From: Podarcis pityusensis
Taxonomy: Eukaryota
Assembly (NCBI GenBank): GCA_964106645.2
Contig: OZ067044.1
Length of the DNA stretch: 64,000 nucleotides
Reading direction: 5' to 3' (one strand)
The notes below the pieces were generated by a model. It did not search any database. It was not told the origin of the DNA and worked only from the letters and a program-made list of their open reading frames with translations. The position numbers and the translations under genes are program-made. Positions 1 to 12,833 of the stretch are shown here, one piece after another (the stretch's first letter is position 1; each line of letters opens with the position of its first letter).

Positions 1-1369
1 ATTTCTCAAAGGAAGGGGCATTATCATTGATATCAGATATCTGTAGTAAGATGACTTTATGGGTGTTCAGTGGGGGAGTTCCATTGTCAGTGGCTGTGAT
101 TGTAATATTATATGCAGGAGTTTTTTCTCTGTCCAAAGGGCTGTCTGTCAGGAGTTTGAAGTAATTGTTAGACGAGGGAACAATCTTGAAGGGCTGATCG
201 TTTTTCAAATAACAACTAACCTTTCCATTCTCACCAGTGTCTTTGTCTTTTACATTGATCAGAGCAATTAAGGTTCCGGACACAGAATCTTCTGGGACTG
301 GACTAAATAAGGAAACCAGAGTTACCTCTGGGAAATTGTCATTCTCATCAATAATCTGTATTTCTACTTTACAGTGTGTTACTAATCCACCTCCATCTTT
401 TGCCGCAACTGTCATAGTATATTCTCTGGTTTCCTCAAAGTCTAATGGGCTCAAAAGAGTGATTGTGCCATTACTAGAATGCAAGTTGAATTTCCCCTGA
501 GCACTTTTTTGGATGTTGCTGAAATGGTAACTGATTTTGGCATTTGTACCTTCATCTTTATCAGAGGCTAAAATCTGGAGCACAAGGGAGCCAACAGGAG
601 CATTTTCCTTCAGACTGACCTTGTAAACCTCTTGGGTGAAGATAGGTGGGTTGTCATTGGCATCTGTGACATTAATCCATATCTGGGCAGTTCCAGTCTT
701 CCTAGGTTCACCCCCATCCAAGGCTGTGAGGATCAAGTGAATGGTCTGTTCACTTTCCCGATCTAGTGGTTTCTGAAGCACCAAGTCTGCAAATTTATTT
801 CCATCCTGACTCTCTTTAACATCAAGGCTGAAATATGGATTGGAGCTGAGATGGTAATTCTGAAGAGAATTTGTCCCAATGTCCGGATCTTCAGCTTCTC
901 CGAGGAGAAATCGTGTGCCTGGTACAGTAAGTTCACTTGTCTCCAAGTTGATTTTTCCATTGAAAAACTGTGGTGCATTATCATTAATGTCCTGGATTGC
1001 TATTGTTATGTGGAAAATATTCAAGGGGCTTTCAATTACCATCTCAAAATTAATAAAGCAAAGCGGATTTTTGCCACATATTCCCTCCCGGTCTATCCTG
1101 TCATTTACATAGAGGTTTCCATTCTCTGCATTCATAGTGAAATATTTCATTTCATCCACTGAGACAGCATGCATGTTGCGTTTCCCTAGTTCTTTGGCAT
1201 TTAGTCCCAAATCCTTGGCAATATTCCCCACAACTGAACCCTTAGCCATTTCCTCAGGAACTGAATAATGTATCTGCTCTGAAGCAGCCCAGCAGGAGGG
1301 CAAGAATATTAAGAGAAGCTGTACTTGCCTTGTGAGTGCCCTGCCATTCTTCTTGTGTCTTCTCTCCAT
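1..1369 (-). CDS. PCDHGB: Protocadherin gamma-B-like variable exon 1 (subfamily B2), 3' part outside window
   Basis: Not in the ORF track because it runs off the edge. ATG at 1369 reads [38 protein letters not shown] and continues through cadherin motifs (DRE, DxNDN) to the end of EC4. It is homologous to exons 3, 5 and 7. The symbol is family-level only. Confidence 0.93.
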   Translation of the reverse strand, partial: MERRHKKNGRALTRQVQLLLIFLPSCWAASEQIHYSVPEEMAKGSVVGNIAKDLGLNAKELGKRNMHAVSVDEMKYFTMNAENGNLYVNDRIDREGICGKNPLCFINFEMVIESPLNIFHITIAIQDINDNAPQFFNGKINLETSELTVPGTRFLLGEAEDPDIGTNSLQNYHLSSNPYFSLDVKESQDGNKFADLVLQKPLDRESEQTIHLILTALDGGEPRKTGTAQIWINVTDANDNPPIFTQEVYKVSLKENAPVGSLVLQILASDKDEGTNAKISYHFSNIQKSAQGKFNLHSSNGTITLLSPLDFEETREYTMTVAAKDGGGLVTHCKVEIQIIDENDNFPEVTLVSLFSPVPEDSVSGTLIALINVKDKDTGENGKVSCYLKNDQPFKIVPSSNNYFKLLTDSPLDREKTPAYNITITATDNGTPPLNTHKVILLQISDINDNAPSFEK

Positions 1370-1615
1370 TTGGCTCTGTGAAAAATCAGCTGTTTCCTTT
1401 TTTTAAGAACCAGATCAAATTTTCACCAGTATGCACTAAGTCTCCATAAAAAAAGAATAAACCGTCTTTCTCTTTAATTTGTAAAAATCATTTTTGTATT
1501 TTCTTTATGTGAGCAGCAATGCCTTCTCTCTGTTCCCTGATCTGCACAGCACTAAAGAAGTAAGCTCACTGTAGAAAGGATCAGTGGATTTCCATCACTG
1601 TATGGCTACTAGATT

Positions 1616-1657
1616 GGCCAACAGCGGCACTGTGAGGTTCAGCAGGAGAACTGCAAG
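1616..1657 (-). promoter_or_regulatory. Pcdh promoter CSE / CTCF-type site for exon 1 (CGCT intact)
   Basis: Sense strand reads TTGCAGTTCTCC..CTCACAGTGCCGCTGTTGGCC, about 250 bp upstream of the ATG. It matches the known CGCT-box CSE with an upstream TGCAG module. Confidence 0.85.
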
Positions 1658-2266
1658 GGATGTTTTCAACCTTTCAATTTAAGAGAAAATGCAACGTGGA
1701 TATAATTCAAGTTTTATACAGTAGGAAAAACATGCAACTTGAAGTTTACACAGGAGCTATTTCTACTGAATTTTGACTTGAGCTGAATATTTGGGAATCT
1801 TTGTTTTGGAATCAATAACACTTCAAACTTTTCTATTTGCCCGGGTAAATGGCTTGCAATGTAGCAAATGATTCTTTTCTTGGTATCTTGGAAATAATAT
1901 TATCAAAGTTACAATCCTGAGCGCCAGAATCTCAACAGTCTCAACATTGTCATCTCAGGTTATATATATATAATCTCCTGTTTCCACTTAAAACAAATCT
2001 TGGGAAGTTTACTATATTTCCATGATAATGTCAAAACATAAAAACAATTTTCCCCCAACCACAGATCTCTTGCAGAACTTTCCCACTCCTTCCTTAGGAG
2101 AAAGGCTTGACGAGAGAGGGAGAAGAATTCTCCAAAGGGACTCCAAAGATGTCCCATCCCAGCCAATGAAGGGAATCTCTGTGCAGCTGGCAGCACTTGT
2201 GCTCTCCCACTCTTTCTGAAGATATTACAGGCATGATCGGTCCCTGCTGGGGCTATGTAGAATCAA

Positions 2267-2304
<38 letters not shown>
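2267..2304. repeat. (ATT)n microsatellite
   Basis: Direct reading. Confidence 0.95.
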
Positions 2305-2307
<3 letters not shown>

Positions 2308-3995
2308 AGGCTCTCTGACAGGACAATTTTTATCTACTGCCAAGTTGGGAGTGGCAAGTTAACAATCTGGCTTTGTCAAGGTACTTAGGTCCTAACTAGG
2401 TGGTAGAACAGGCAAGATCAGGGCAGAGTGCAGAGAGTAGGCTGGTGAACACACTGAGAAATCAAGGTAGTGAAAAGACGTTTCCCCAAACCATTCATTG
2501 AAGGGTCACTGATTAAAGGAGATCTGGGACTGAGAGTATCTTGAGGCCTGGTTGCATGTGCTAGCCTGCTGTCTGGCCTAGAGGTGGGCGACACTAACAA
2601 CAAAATATTAATATATATGGGCAATAAAAAGCCAAGAACACATATTATACTCTTGCTCTTCAGGTCAAAGGGAGGCAGCAGGAGATGGTTTCTTAAAGTC
2701 TCATCTAAGTGGAAGAGAACTCCTCACTGGAGGTGCAGAAGGTAAGACAACTAAGTAGGGACAGAAGACACAGATCAGTCGCTAACAATGTTGTGGCTTT
2801 AGTTTATCCCATTTATGTGTCTTGCACTTTTATTCTGGGATCCACAGTTCCAAGAGAGGAGCCACTGCAAAAAGTATAAGACTCAAACTAATTTCAGGAA
2901 GAAATGAAGCCATTGCTTAGAAAAGAGAATTATTATACTGTTTTACCGCATTGAAGGTTTTTGGTTTCTTTCAGTTTCTGTAAACTATAGTCAAGATTTT
3001 ATATGACAAACTTCCATGTATTCATCTATTTTGTTCACTTTCATTTTGTTCATTTGTAATGTGTGGATACTGCATATAGGATGTGGACGTTATTGTCTGA
3101 TGTCAGAAGCTATTAAGAACATTATGGACAGGTGAAACGGCAGTGGTTCTGCTTTTGCTGTACTTCGTTATTTAAGTAATATCATCATCACCATCAACAA
3201 CATTATCAGTATTACTGTTATCTTAATGAACTGATTCATATGATTTCACTGAGGGCTCTTTTTTTGCATTTTTAGACTTTTAAATTGCAAGCTGCTTTGA
3301 GGGCATAGCCATAAATCATAAATAAAATAACCAGGCAGAGGCTTTTCAAAACAGCAAATAGTTTTGCACTATTGTGTTCTCTCTGGACATGGGATGTATA
3401 TACCTTTGTGTTGGTAGCCCTACTTTACTTTTACATTTTTCTTAATTTAAATTATTCTTTCCTGTCCTTTCTAAATTGGTTTTGCCAATGGCTATCCAAA
3501 TTAAGATACACTAGAATTCATATAGGGGCTGAAGTGTGAGCTGTGAGATTCCTAGTTCTTCAGTTACAAATTTACTAGGCAGCTTTAGAACTCTGACTTG
3601 CAGCCTCTGACAAAACTTGGGACCACACTTGACAGGCTTGCTCTTGCAGTTGAAAGGCAGATAAAAATGCTTAAAACTAAATACATTTCAGACTACAGAC
3701 TAAGATAATGTATGTGAACATGTTCTAAATACTTGAAGTACTTTCTGGAAATTACTGATACTATGGGAGAAATATATCAGATGTTTTCTCTTTCATAACA
3801 TCCAATTAGCGATTTCATTCTAAGGCCCCACATGTTCATAATTTTAAGATTACCAAAGCCCCTTTCATTTTATTTTGCCCCAAAGAACCACAGGAAAACA
3901 CCTTGGCCTGATTACTCCTGGAAAATGTCTCCTCCACTCAACACATTTTCATAAACACACAAAAACAGAAAACACATAGATATTTTCCAGTAAAA

Positions 3996-3996
<1 letters not shown>

Positions 3997-4040
<44 letters not shown>
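3997..4040. repeat. (AT)n microsatellite
   Basis: Direct reading. Confidence 0.95.
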
Positions 4041-4041
<1 letters not shown>

Positions 4042-4268
4042 ATCATTAAAAGAACCAATTCCAACAGTTTATGAACCAATCAGACTTGAAAGAATACTCA
4101 ATCAAGTTGAACCAATTAGTTGGTTAAAGGTAGGTTGAAAAACAATAAATTAAAATATATTAGTTGTATAAAAAAAGATTACGGAATCAGCAACAAAGAT
4201 TCATAAAAATTTCCATTCTCTAAGCAGCAAGAATGTATAATGTAGATACTGCTCAGATTAAAACTCAC

Positions 4269-6683
4269 CATATCAGTTCTATCCATCTCAGAAATTTGGA
4301 TATTGCCTCCATTGGCAGTCAAAGGTGCATCAGTGTTGCTTGAAATATTCTCTGCGGTTTGAACATTAGGTGTTGGAAAGGTGAACTCCTGTACCCTGGA
4401 CTCAGAAGATAAACATAGCTGATAGGAATACGGCAATGTTCCTTCTTCATAGTTTGGTGGGAAAATGACCGTGTTGTTTGAATGGGGAACAGGAGCAAAA
4501 CACTGCAGGAATTTGGGGTTCCCTGATCGCCGAATCTTCTTGAGAACGGCCAGAATCACTGTCAGGAGGAATAAGAATGAAATCAAAGCTAAGGCCAGCA
4601 CCAAGAAGAACTGTAGATCCGATTGATACTCTGAGTCACTGGGCTGGTGGCTAATTTCCGGAAGTGCCTCCTGGAAGTTCTCAGCAAACACCAGGTTGAG
4701 ACTCACGGTAGCGGATAGTGGCGGCTGCCCATTATCCTTGACTAAGATGACGAGCTTCTGCTTCACAGCATCTCTTTCCAGAAAAGCCCGTGAGGTCCTG
4801 ATCTCCCCAGTATGGGAACCAATTGAGAACAGCCCAGGTTCTGTTGCCTGGAGCAGATAGTAGGAGAGCCAAGCGTTGTGTCCAGAGTCAGCATCCACAG
4901 CCACCACCTTGGTCACTAGATAACCCTCCTCTGCTGAGCGAGGCACCATCTCAAACAAGGAGGAGCCCTCTACCCCTTGAGAAGGGTAAAGAATCTGAGG
5001 GCTTTGGTCATTCTGGTCCAGAATACACACTCTCACGGTGGCATTGCTGCTGAGGCGGGGGGAGCCTCCATCTTCGGCCCTCACCTCCACTTGAAACTCC
5101 CTGACTTGCTCATAGTCAAAGGAGCGCTGAGCATAGATAGTGCCAGTCTCAGAATTAATGGAGAGGAAGGATGAGAGAGGCAGCCCCTCAGTGATGCTGT
5201 TGCGAATGGAGTAGGTGATTTGAGCATTCTGGTCCACATCTGGGTCGGAGGCTTTGACCCTGAAAATGGAGGAGCCTGAAGGATTGTTCTCTGGGACATA
5301 GGCAGTATAATAGGGTTTCTCAAAGGCAGGGCAGTTGTCATTGATGTCAGAGATCTGCAGTGTGATGGTTTTGCATGTGGAAAGAGGGGGGTTACCTTTG
5401 TCTGTGGCTGTGACTGTGATATTGTACTCTGGAGTTCTTTCTCTGTCCAAGGGGGCATCTGTGAGAAGCTTATAATAATTATTGGAGGCTGATACCATTT
5501 TGAATGGCAAAGTGTGTTGTATGTCACAAGTAATCTTCCCATTATCTCCAGAGTCTCTATCATTTACATTGATAAGGGCTACCAGGGTTCCTACTGCAGA
5601 GTCTTCAGGGATGGGGCTGGATAAAGAGGCAAGAATCACTTCTGGGGCATTGTCATTCTCATCTAGGAGTGAAATTTGAACTTTACAGTGAGCCACTAAT
5701 CCACCTCCATCTCTTGCTTCCACTGCCATTACATATCCTTCTGTTTCCTCAAAGTCCAGAACCTCCTTAACTATAATTGTTCCATCTTGTGAACCCAAGT
5801 GGAACTTCTCACGAGCACTTTCTGGGATGTTACTAAAACTATAGTTTATCTGGGCATTTGAACCATCATCTCTATCTGTGGCTTTCACCTGGAACACTGA
5901 TGACCCTTTGGGGGCATTTTCTTTCAGCTTGACCGCGTATACTTTTTGAGTGAAGACTGGTGGGTTGTCATTTGCATCAATGACGGTGATCCATATTTTG
6001 GCTGTTCCAGTTTTGGCAGGCTTCCCTCCATCCAGCGCTGTTAGGATTAATTGGAAACTGCTTTCACTTTCCCGATCCAACTGTTTATTCAATACTAATT
6101 CTGCATATTTATTTCCGCCTTCTATTTCTCTCACTTCCAGAATAAAGTATGGATTTGTGCTAAGGTTGTAATCCTGGAGAGAATTCACCCCAAGATCAGG
6201 ATCTTCAGCTTGTCCAAGGAGAAATGTGGTGCCTTTTAAAGACAATTCACTTGTCTCCAGTTTTATATCCCCATTTACAAAACGTGGTGCATGATCATTA
6301 ATGTCTTGAATCTCTACAGTTACATGAAAAATATTCATAGGACTCTCAACCACCACTTCAAAATTGATGGAGCAGAATGCAGTTTGACCACATAATTCTT
6401 CTCTATCAATCCTTTCCCTTACATACAGATTTCCATTTTCTGTACTGAGAGTAAAGTATTGCTTTTTACCTAGGGAAAGGATATGCAGATTGTAATTTCC
6501 TATTTCTCCATTATTCAGGCTCAGGTCTTTAGCTAGGTTTCCCACAATGGATCCCTTTTCCATTTCCTCAGGGATGGAATAATGAATGTGCTCTGAGGCA
6601 ATCTGACCACACAGAGAGTATAGTAAGAGGAGAGGTACTTGCCTTCTTAGGGATCTGCTGCTATCTTTCTGTCTGCCGGCCAT
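4269..6683 (-). CDS. PCDHGB: Protocadherin gamma-B-like variable exon 2 (subfamily B1)
   Basis: ORF 4179..6683 has a signal peptide, 6 EC repeats, TM and gamma-B signatures ([32 protein letters not shown]; PNYEEGTLPYSY). Phase-0 donor ATG|GTGAGT at 4269/4268 gives 805 codons. Confidence 0.95.
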
Positions 6684-6939
6684 CCCTCTTGCAGAGAAAT
6701 GTGCTTTATCCTTTCTTTCTGTGATTAGTTAAATTGAGGCGTATTAAATCCCATTCACTCTGTAGAAGTGTTCAATAAAGAATTATGAATGAAGTCAGTA
6801 GCTGCTGCTGGATTTCTATACTTTGCAGTGGTTTTGTTCCTGTGTTCTGCTGTTTCCCGGCTCTGTAGTTTGTTCATGAGCAATCAAATTGCAAAAGCAT
6901 CTGGTAGTGGATTCTCCACTCCTCCATGAGAACTATATT

Positions 6940-6981
6940 GGCCAACAGTGACACTCTGAGTCTTAGATGGAGAACTGCAAG
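6940..6981 (-). promoter_or_regulatory. CSE/CTCF-type site for exon 2 (CACT variant)
   Basis: TTGCAGTTCTCC..CTCAGAGTGTCACTGTTGGCC at the same position relative to the ATG. Confidence 0.8.
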
Positions 6982-8972
6982 ATGTGTCTTTTCTTTTAAG
7001 TAAATAACATATAAGGGATTTCTTGCCATTTTTAATCTTACGTACAATGATTCTCAGGTAGAGAATCTTTTGTGGTATGGTAAAAAAAAAAATAGAGTTT
7101 GGTCTCTGTGTTTTGAAATTAGGATAAGCAACAACTCAACTTAATTAGACAAAACTGACCTACAGAAAACAAATCATATATTTTAGAAATTATCCCTTTC
7201 CCAAGTAATATATGTCATTTTCCCTACCTTATTACCCCTGAGTACTTAGGAATGATAGCTTAAAATACCAGAGAAAATTGATTATTTTGTAATAAACATA
7301 CAAGGGTGCTGAAAATTATTCCAGTCATTTGCCCCTACGGTGCTTTCACACTTTCACACTTTCGTATTAGCACATTTGGCATTGCTCATGGGGGTGTGCT
7401 TCAGAGAAACTGAACTGACTGATTAGTGTCCCTGTCTGATAGTACAGTTGTGTAATCGTATTTTTCTGACAGTTAGAGACTGTTCATCCATATAGGTACG
7501 TGTCAACATATTTAATCACAGGAAGTGGTTCTCAGACCTAATGAATTCTGAGTTTAAAAGTTATTTTCCCAAAATGTGCAATAAGGCCTTTGGAATCTCT
7601 GTGTCACACAAAATTTCCCCTCTAAGGTACCACAGTTCTACTTTCTATTGCACCAACTGTCTTGCTGGCAATCGTCTCCTCAACTACTTGCCAGTTGATG
7701 CACTTAATCAGTCATGTACGTAGCTGTGTTAGTTGACAGTGATGTGAGTGATTTGGGATACCTGGAGAAATTCCTAATGTTTGGCAAGTTCTTTTTCTTC
7801 TCTTAAGGCACTTGACTTATGCAACTCAGTCATATAATGAGAACAGCACTAAAAGTACAATGCTTACTCAAGATCATGCTACAGTTTTTCTTGGGAACTT
7901 GAGTCCTCTCTCTCCACCCCTCAGGCTTTCCATAGGCTTCCCTCCCTTCCCAGATCACACCCCTCAACCCCTCACTGGCCTTCTTCCTTGCCCTCTTCAA
8001 GAGCTTTTGCTGGCTGCAATGTGTCCTTGAACTAGGATATTGCTGCTTGCCTGGCTGGAGGAGTCAAAGATCTATAGAAGTGGAGATATTAAAACCTCTG
8101 AATTTTGCATGGTTGAAATGTGGTCTATTGTACAAAGGTAAGAGTCACATCAATAAAATATCATGGTTAGAATGCTAAACAGTGGAATGCTAGATTACGT
8201 TGTGGAATACTAAAGCAGCACTTGACAAGGCATCATCTAGCACTGTTATGGCTACCTACATGTCCCGTAAAATCACTTACTATACTCTTCCCATTATGTA
8301 GAGAGAAGGAGAATGTAGTCTAGAAGATTTGGCTCCGATGTGAACACATTATTATGAGTAGAAGAGGAAAGCATGCAATATATGTTTTAATCCCTTGCAT
8401 TGTGAAATGGTACACTCAGAGGAGGACTAGAAGATCCGTGTTTATTTTCTGAACTTCCATATCAGTATTGTATTCTTTTGATGAAATTCTGAACAATATG
8501 GTGACATAGTTCAAGTGTGTGTGTCTTCCTCAGAAGTAGAACCTTTACAGTGCATGCGCATATTGCTTCGTTCAGTGAATGGGACCTTCATTTAAAAGCT
8601 TTCTCAGGATAGATAGCTGAGCAAAATAATGCAGCTCCTTCTACACTGGAAGAAAGATTAAACACAAAAGTAACTATTTTGGAGCAGCTCTTAGTCTTCA
8701 CCAAAATCACAAGTGTTTGGGATGAATATGTATATGATTGTGTGTGCAGGTGCACATACAAGTCCCATCCTCAACATTTCTGTGCGTGCACATTCATTTC
8801 AGATCTCCTGCATTTGGCACATCTCCTTGGCTGAATTCAGCCCCAAACTCTTAGCCTCAGCAACTTGACATCTACACAAAACACATCTATGACATAAAAT
8901 ACAGACAAATCCACAGTCTCTTCATTTGCTAACAGAACTTCTGTAGATAGAATAAATTAGAAGCACAAGATT

Positions 8973-10020
8973 AACATAAAAATATCAGAAGAGCATGTTG
9001 GATCAGGCCAGTGTCCTATTTAGTTCAGAATATTATTTTCCTTGCGGTCAACTGGTTGCCTACAGGAAGCCCAAACGTGGGGCCTGAGTGCAACAGCACT
9101 CTCCTCACTTCTGATTCCCCACAACTGGTATTCAGAGACATACTGTCTCTAACTATGGAGATAGAACCTAGACACCATTGCTAGCAGGCCACGAAATAAT
9201 GCTGTACATGAATGTGTCCATTTCTCTTTTAAAACCACCCAGGTTAATGGGCATCACTACCTCTCATGGGAACAAACTCCTCAGTTTAACTCAGTGCTGT
9301 GTGAAGAGGTATTTTCTGCTGTCTGTCCTGAATCTTCCAACATTCAGCTTCATTGGATGTGTCTTAGTTTTAGTGTTATGTGGGGAAGGGGCACTTATCC
9401 ATCCACACTTTCCATACAACACATAATTATACACACCTATACCATGTCTTCACTTAATTGCCTTTCCCTAAGCTGCATCAAAGTAAACTAAAAGGGTGAA
9501 TGGCTCCATCCCCTTGCCAATTTTGGTTCATATTTTCCAGCTCCACCTTACCTGTTTTTAGTTAAGTTGACCAGAACTATACACAGTATTCCAAAATTTA
9601 TTTTCTTTTTTTTCCACAGCTGCCTAATGCTATGTCAACATCTTCATCAAACTGTTCGCTATGACCCCAAGATCTCATTCCAGTTTAGTACCCATAAGCA
9701 TATAACTGAAACAACAGTTCTTTTAGCCCACTTTACACTTGTTCACATTAAATTGCAATTGCCATTTACTGCCCATTCACTCGGTATGGTTTGGAGAGAT
9801 CCTTTGCGAGCTCTTTGCAATCCCTTCTTGTTTTAACCACTCTGAACTATTTGGGATTAGCAAACTTGGCTACATCATGGCTCGCTCCTAATTTTAGATC
9901 ATTTAAGAACAAGTTTAAAAGCTCAGTACTGATTCTTGGAGCATCATACCTTCTACATCTCTCCATAAGGAGAATTGTCACTTTATTCCTACTCTCCACT
10001 TACCAATCTCCTCTTATTCC
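8973..10020 (-). mobile_element. Degenerate CR1-type LINE, 3' portion
   Basis: A typical reptile CR1 3' end read in reverse (aacata..agaagagc..ggatcaggccagtg..cc.at.tagt.cag), then decayed RT-like sequence (gatcattta.gaacaagtt.aaaagc). Recognised from memory, with approximate boundaries. Confidence 0.65.
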
Positions 10021-10111
10021 ATAACTGCTAAAATAGAATAAAAAATTCTGCAGAAATGTGGGGAAGGCCATCAAAGGTGCAATACAAATAATTCCTAACC
10101 ATAAAGCTTAC

Positions 10112-12532
10112 CTCTTCATCCTTAGCCATCTCAGAATGAAAATTGTTTCCTTCATTGCCTGTAAAAGGAACACTAGGTTTCTCACTGTTAACAATATTGT
10201 CTACCATCTGAACACTGGGTGTCAGGAAGGCAAACTCATTCTTCCTGGTCTCAGAAGACAGACACAGCTGGTAGGAATAGGGCAAAGTCCCATCTTCAAA
10301 GTTGGGTGGGAAGATGGCACCATTCTTGGAATGGGGAACAGGACCAAAGCACTGTAGGAACCTGGGATGCCCTGATTGACGGAGCTTCATTGTAACGGCC
10401 AGAATCACAGTCAAGAGGAACAAGAAGGAGATCACAGCTAAGGCCAACACCAAGTAGAACTGCAGGTCAGACTGATAGTCCAAGCTGCTGGGTTGGCTCT
10501 TCATTTCCGGAAGGGCCTCCTGAAAGTTCTCAGCAAATACCAGGTTCAGAGTCATGGTGGCCGAGAGAGACGGCTGCCCGTTATCCTTCACCATAATGAC
10601 CAGTCTCTGTTTCACAGCGTCTCTCTCCACAAAGGCCCTGGAGGTCCTGATCTCTCCAGTATGAGAACCAACCGTGAAGAGTGCCGGCTCAGTGGCCTGA
10701 GTCAGGTGGTAGGAGAGCCAGGCATTGTGTCCAGAATCTGCATCCACGGCCACCACCTTGGTGACAAGATAATCTGCCTCGGCCGAACGAGGCACCATCT
10801 CAAACAAGGCTGAGCCCTTGGCTTCTTGGGAGGGGGACAGGATACGAGGGCTGTTATCATTCCTGTCAAGAACAAACACCCTGACGGTCACATTGGTGCT
10901 GAGAGGGGGAGAACCCCCATCTTGGGCCTTCACTTGCAGCCGAAACTCTCTGAATTGTTCATAGTCAAAGGATCTCTGGGCATAGATGGTACCGGTATCA
11001 GAATTAATGGAGATATAGGAGGAGATGGGAATGTCCTCGATGTTGCTGTTGAGGATGGAGTATGTGATCCGTGAGTTCTGATCCATGTCGGAATCAGAGG
11101 CTTTGATGGTGAAAATGGAGGCACCTGAAGGATTGTTTTCTGGCACATAGATGCTGTAGGTTGATCTCTGAAATGTAGGCGCATTATCATTGATGTCTGA
11201 GATCTGTAGTGAGATTGTTTTGTGTGTGGAAAGGGGTGGAGTTCCTCTATCAGTGGCTGTGATTGTAATATTATATGCAGGAGTTCTTTCTCTGTCCAGG
11301 AGACTGTCTGTCTGGAGCTTGAAGTAATTGTTAGATGAGGGAAGAATTTTGAAGGGTAAACCATCTTGTAAGTAGCAAGTAACTTTTCCATTATCACCAC
11401 TGTCTTTGTCATTTACATTGATCAGAGCAATGACAGTTCCTGGCAGAGAATCTTCAGGAACAGGGCTGAACATGGAGGCTAAAGTCACCTCTGGGGCATT
11501 ATCATTCCCATCAAGAACATTTATTTCAATGTTGCAGTGTGTCACCAATCCACCTCCATCCTTTGCTGCTGCTGTCATAGTATATCTTCTTGTTTCCTCA
11601 AAATCCAACATCTGCAGAAGAGAGATTATGCCATCAACTGGATCCAGTCCAAATTTCTTTTGTCCATTGACGGGAATGTTGCTGAATTCATATCTGATCT
11701 GGGCATTTAAACCATCATCTTTGTCATAGGCTACAACTTGGAGCACAAAGGACCCAACAGGAGCTTCTTCATGCACACTGACCTTGTACACCTCTTGAGT
11801 GAAAACAGGTGGGTTGTCATTGGCATCTGTGACATTAATCCATATCTGGGCAGTCCCAGTTTTTCTGGGTTCCCCCCCATCCAAGGCTGTAAGGATCAAG
11901 TGAAGAGAGTGCTCACTTTCCCGATCCAAAGATTTCTGCAGCACCAATTCTGCATTTTTACTTCCATCTTCCATTTCTCTAACTTCCAAAGTGAAGTACT
12001 GATTGGTGCTCAACTGGTAATTCTGGAGGGAGTTCATCCCAATGTCAGGATCTTCAGCTTTCCCAAGGAGAAATCGTGCGCCTGGTACAGTAAGTTCACT
12101 TGTCTCCAAGTTGATGTTATCATTGGGAAACAGTGGTGCATTATCATTAATGTCCTGAATTGCTATAGTTAAATGGAAGATATTGAGGGGATTTTCAACT
12201 ACCACTTCAAAATTTACTACGCAAATGGGAGTTATGTCACATAGCTGCTCTCTATCTATTCTGTCACTTACATAGAGGTTTCCATTCTCTGCATTTATAC
12301 TGAAATACTGCATTTTCTTCAAAGAGACAGCATGCAGATTGCGCCTTCCTAGATCTCTGGCATTCAGTCCCAAATCCTTGGCAATATTCCCCACAATTGA
12401 ACCCTTTGCCATCTCCTCAGGGATAGAATAACGAATCTGCTCTGAGGCAGCCCAGCAGGAAGGTGACAAAAGTAAGAGAAGCAGTACTTGCCTTCTGAAT
12501 GCTCTGCCATTGTCTTCGTGTCTTCTGTCCAT
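10112..12532 (-). CDS. PCDHGB: Protocadherin gamma-B-like variable exon 3 (subfamily B2)
   Basis: ORF 10028..12532 with the same architecture. Donor GAG|GTAAGC at 10112/10111 gives 807 codons. Confidence 0.95.
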
Positions 12533-12791
12533 CTGGCTTTACAACAAATTAGCTGCTTCCTTTTGCAGATCAGATCAAAGCCCCATCAAGGTGCAGGATC
12601 ACCATAAGGAAAAATAAGCTGCCTTTCTTCTTAATGTTTACAGAAAGTAGTTGAATTTTTTTTCCTTTCTAGCAGGATTGGTCTGTCGTTGTGATGTGCT
12701 GCTTGTCCAACTTGCACAGCAATGATTAAACAGTTGCTCCTTAGGAAACACATGCGTGGATCTTTTCTCTTATCAGTCTGGCTGCCACACT

Positions 12792-12833
12792 GGCCAACAG
12801 TGACACCCTCAGGCTCAGATGGAGAACTACAAG
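12792..12833 (-). promoter_or_regulatory. CSE/CTCF-type site for exon 3 (CACT variant)
   Basis: TTGTAGTTCTCC..CTGAGGGTGTCACTGTTGGCC. Confidence 0.8.

Noticed and set aside
6241-6262. Exon 2 (B1) shares LETSEL with B2 exons, suggesting cross-subfamily conversion
   Set aside because: The tract is very short and the Leu codons differ (TTG vs CTT in exon 3), so convergence or ancestry explains it equally well.
6289-6306. DINDH instead of DINDN calcium-binding linker in exon 2
   Set aside because: DxNDH is a common tolerated variant in clustered protocadherins, so it is not evidence of pseudogenisation.
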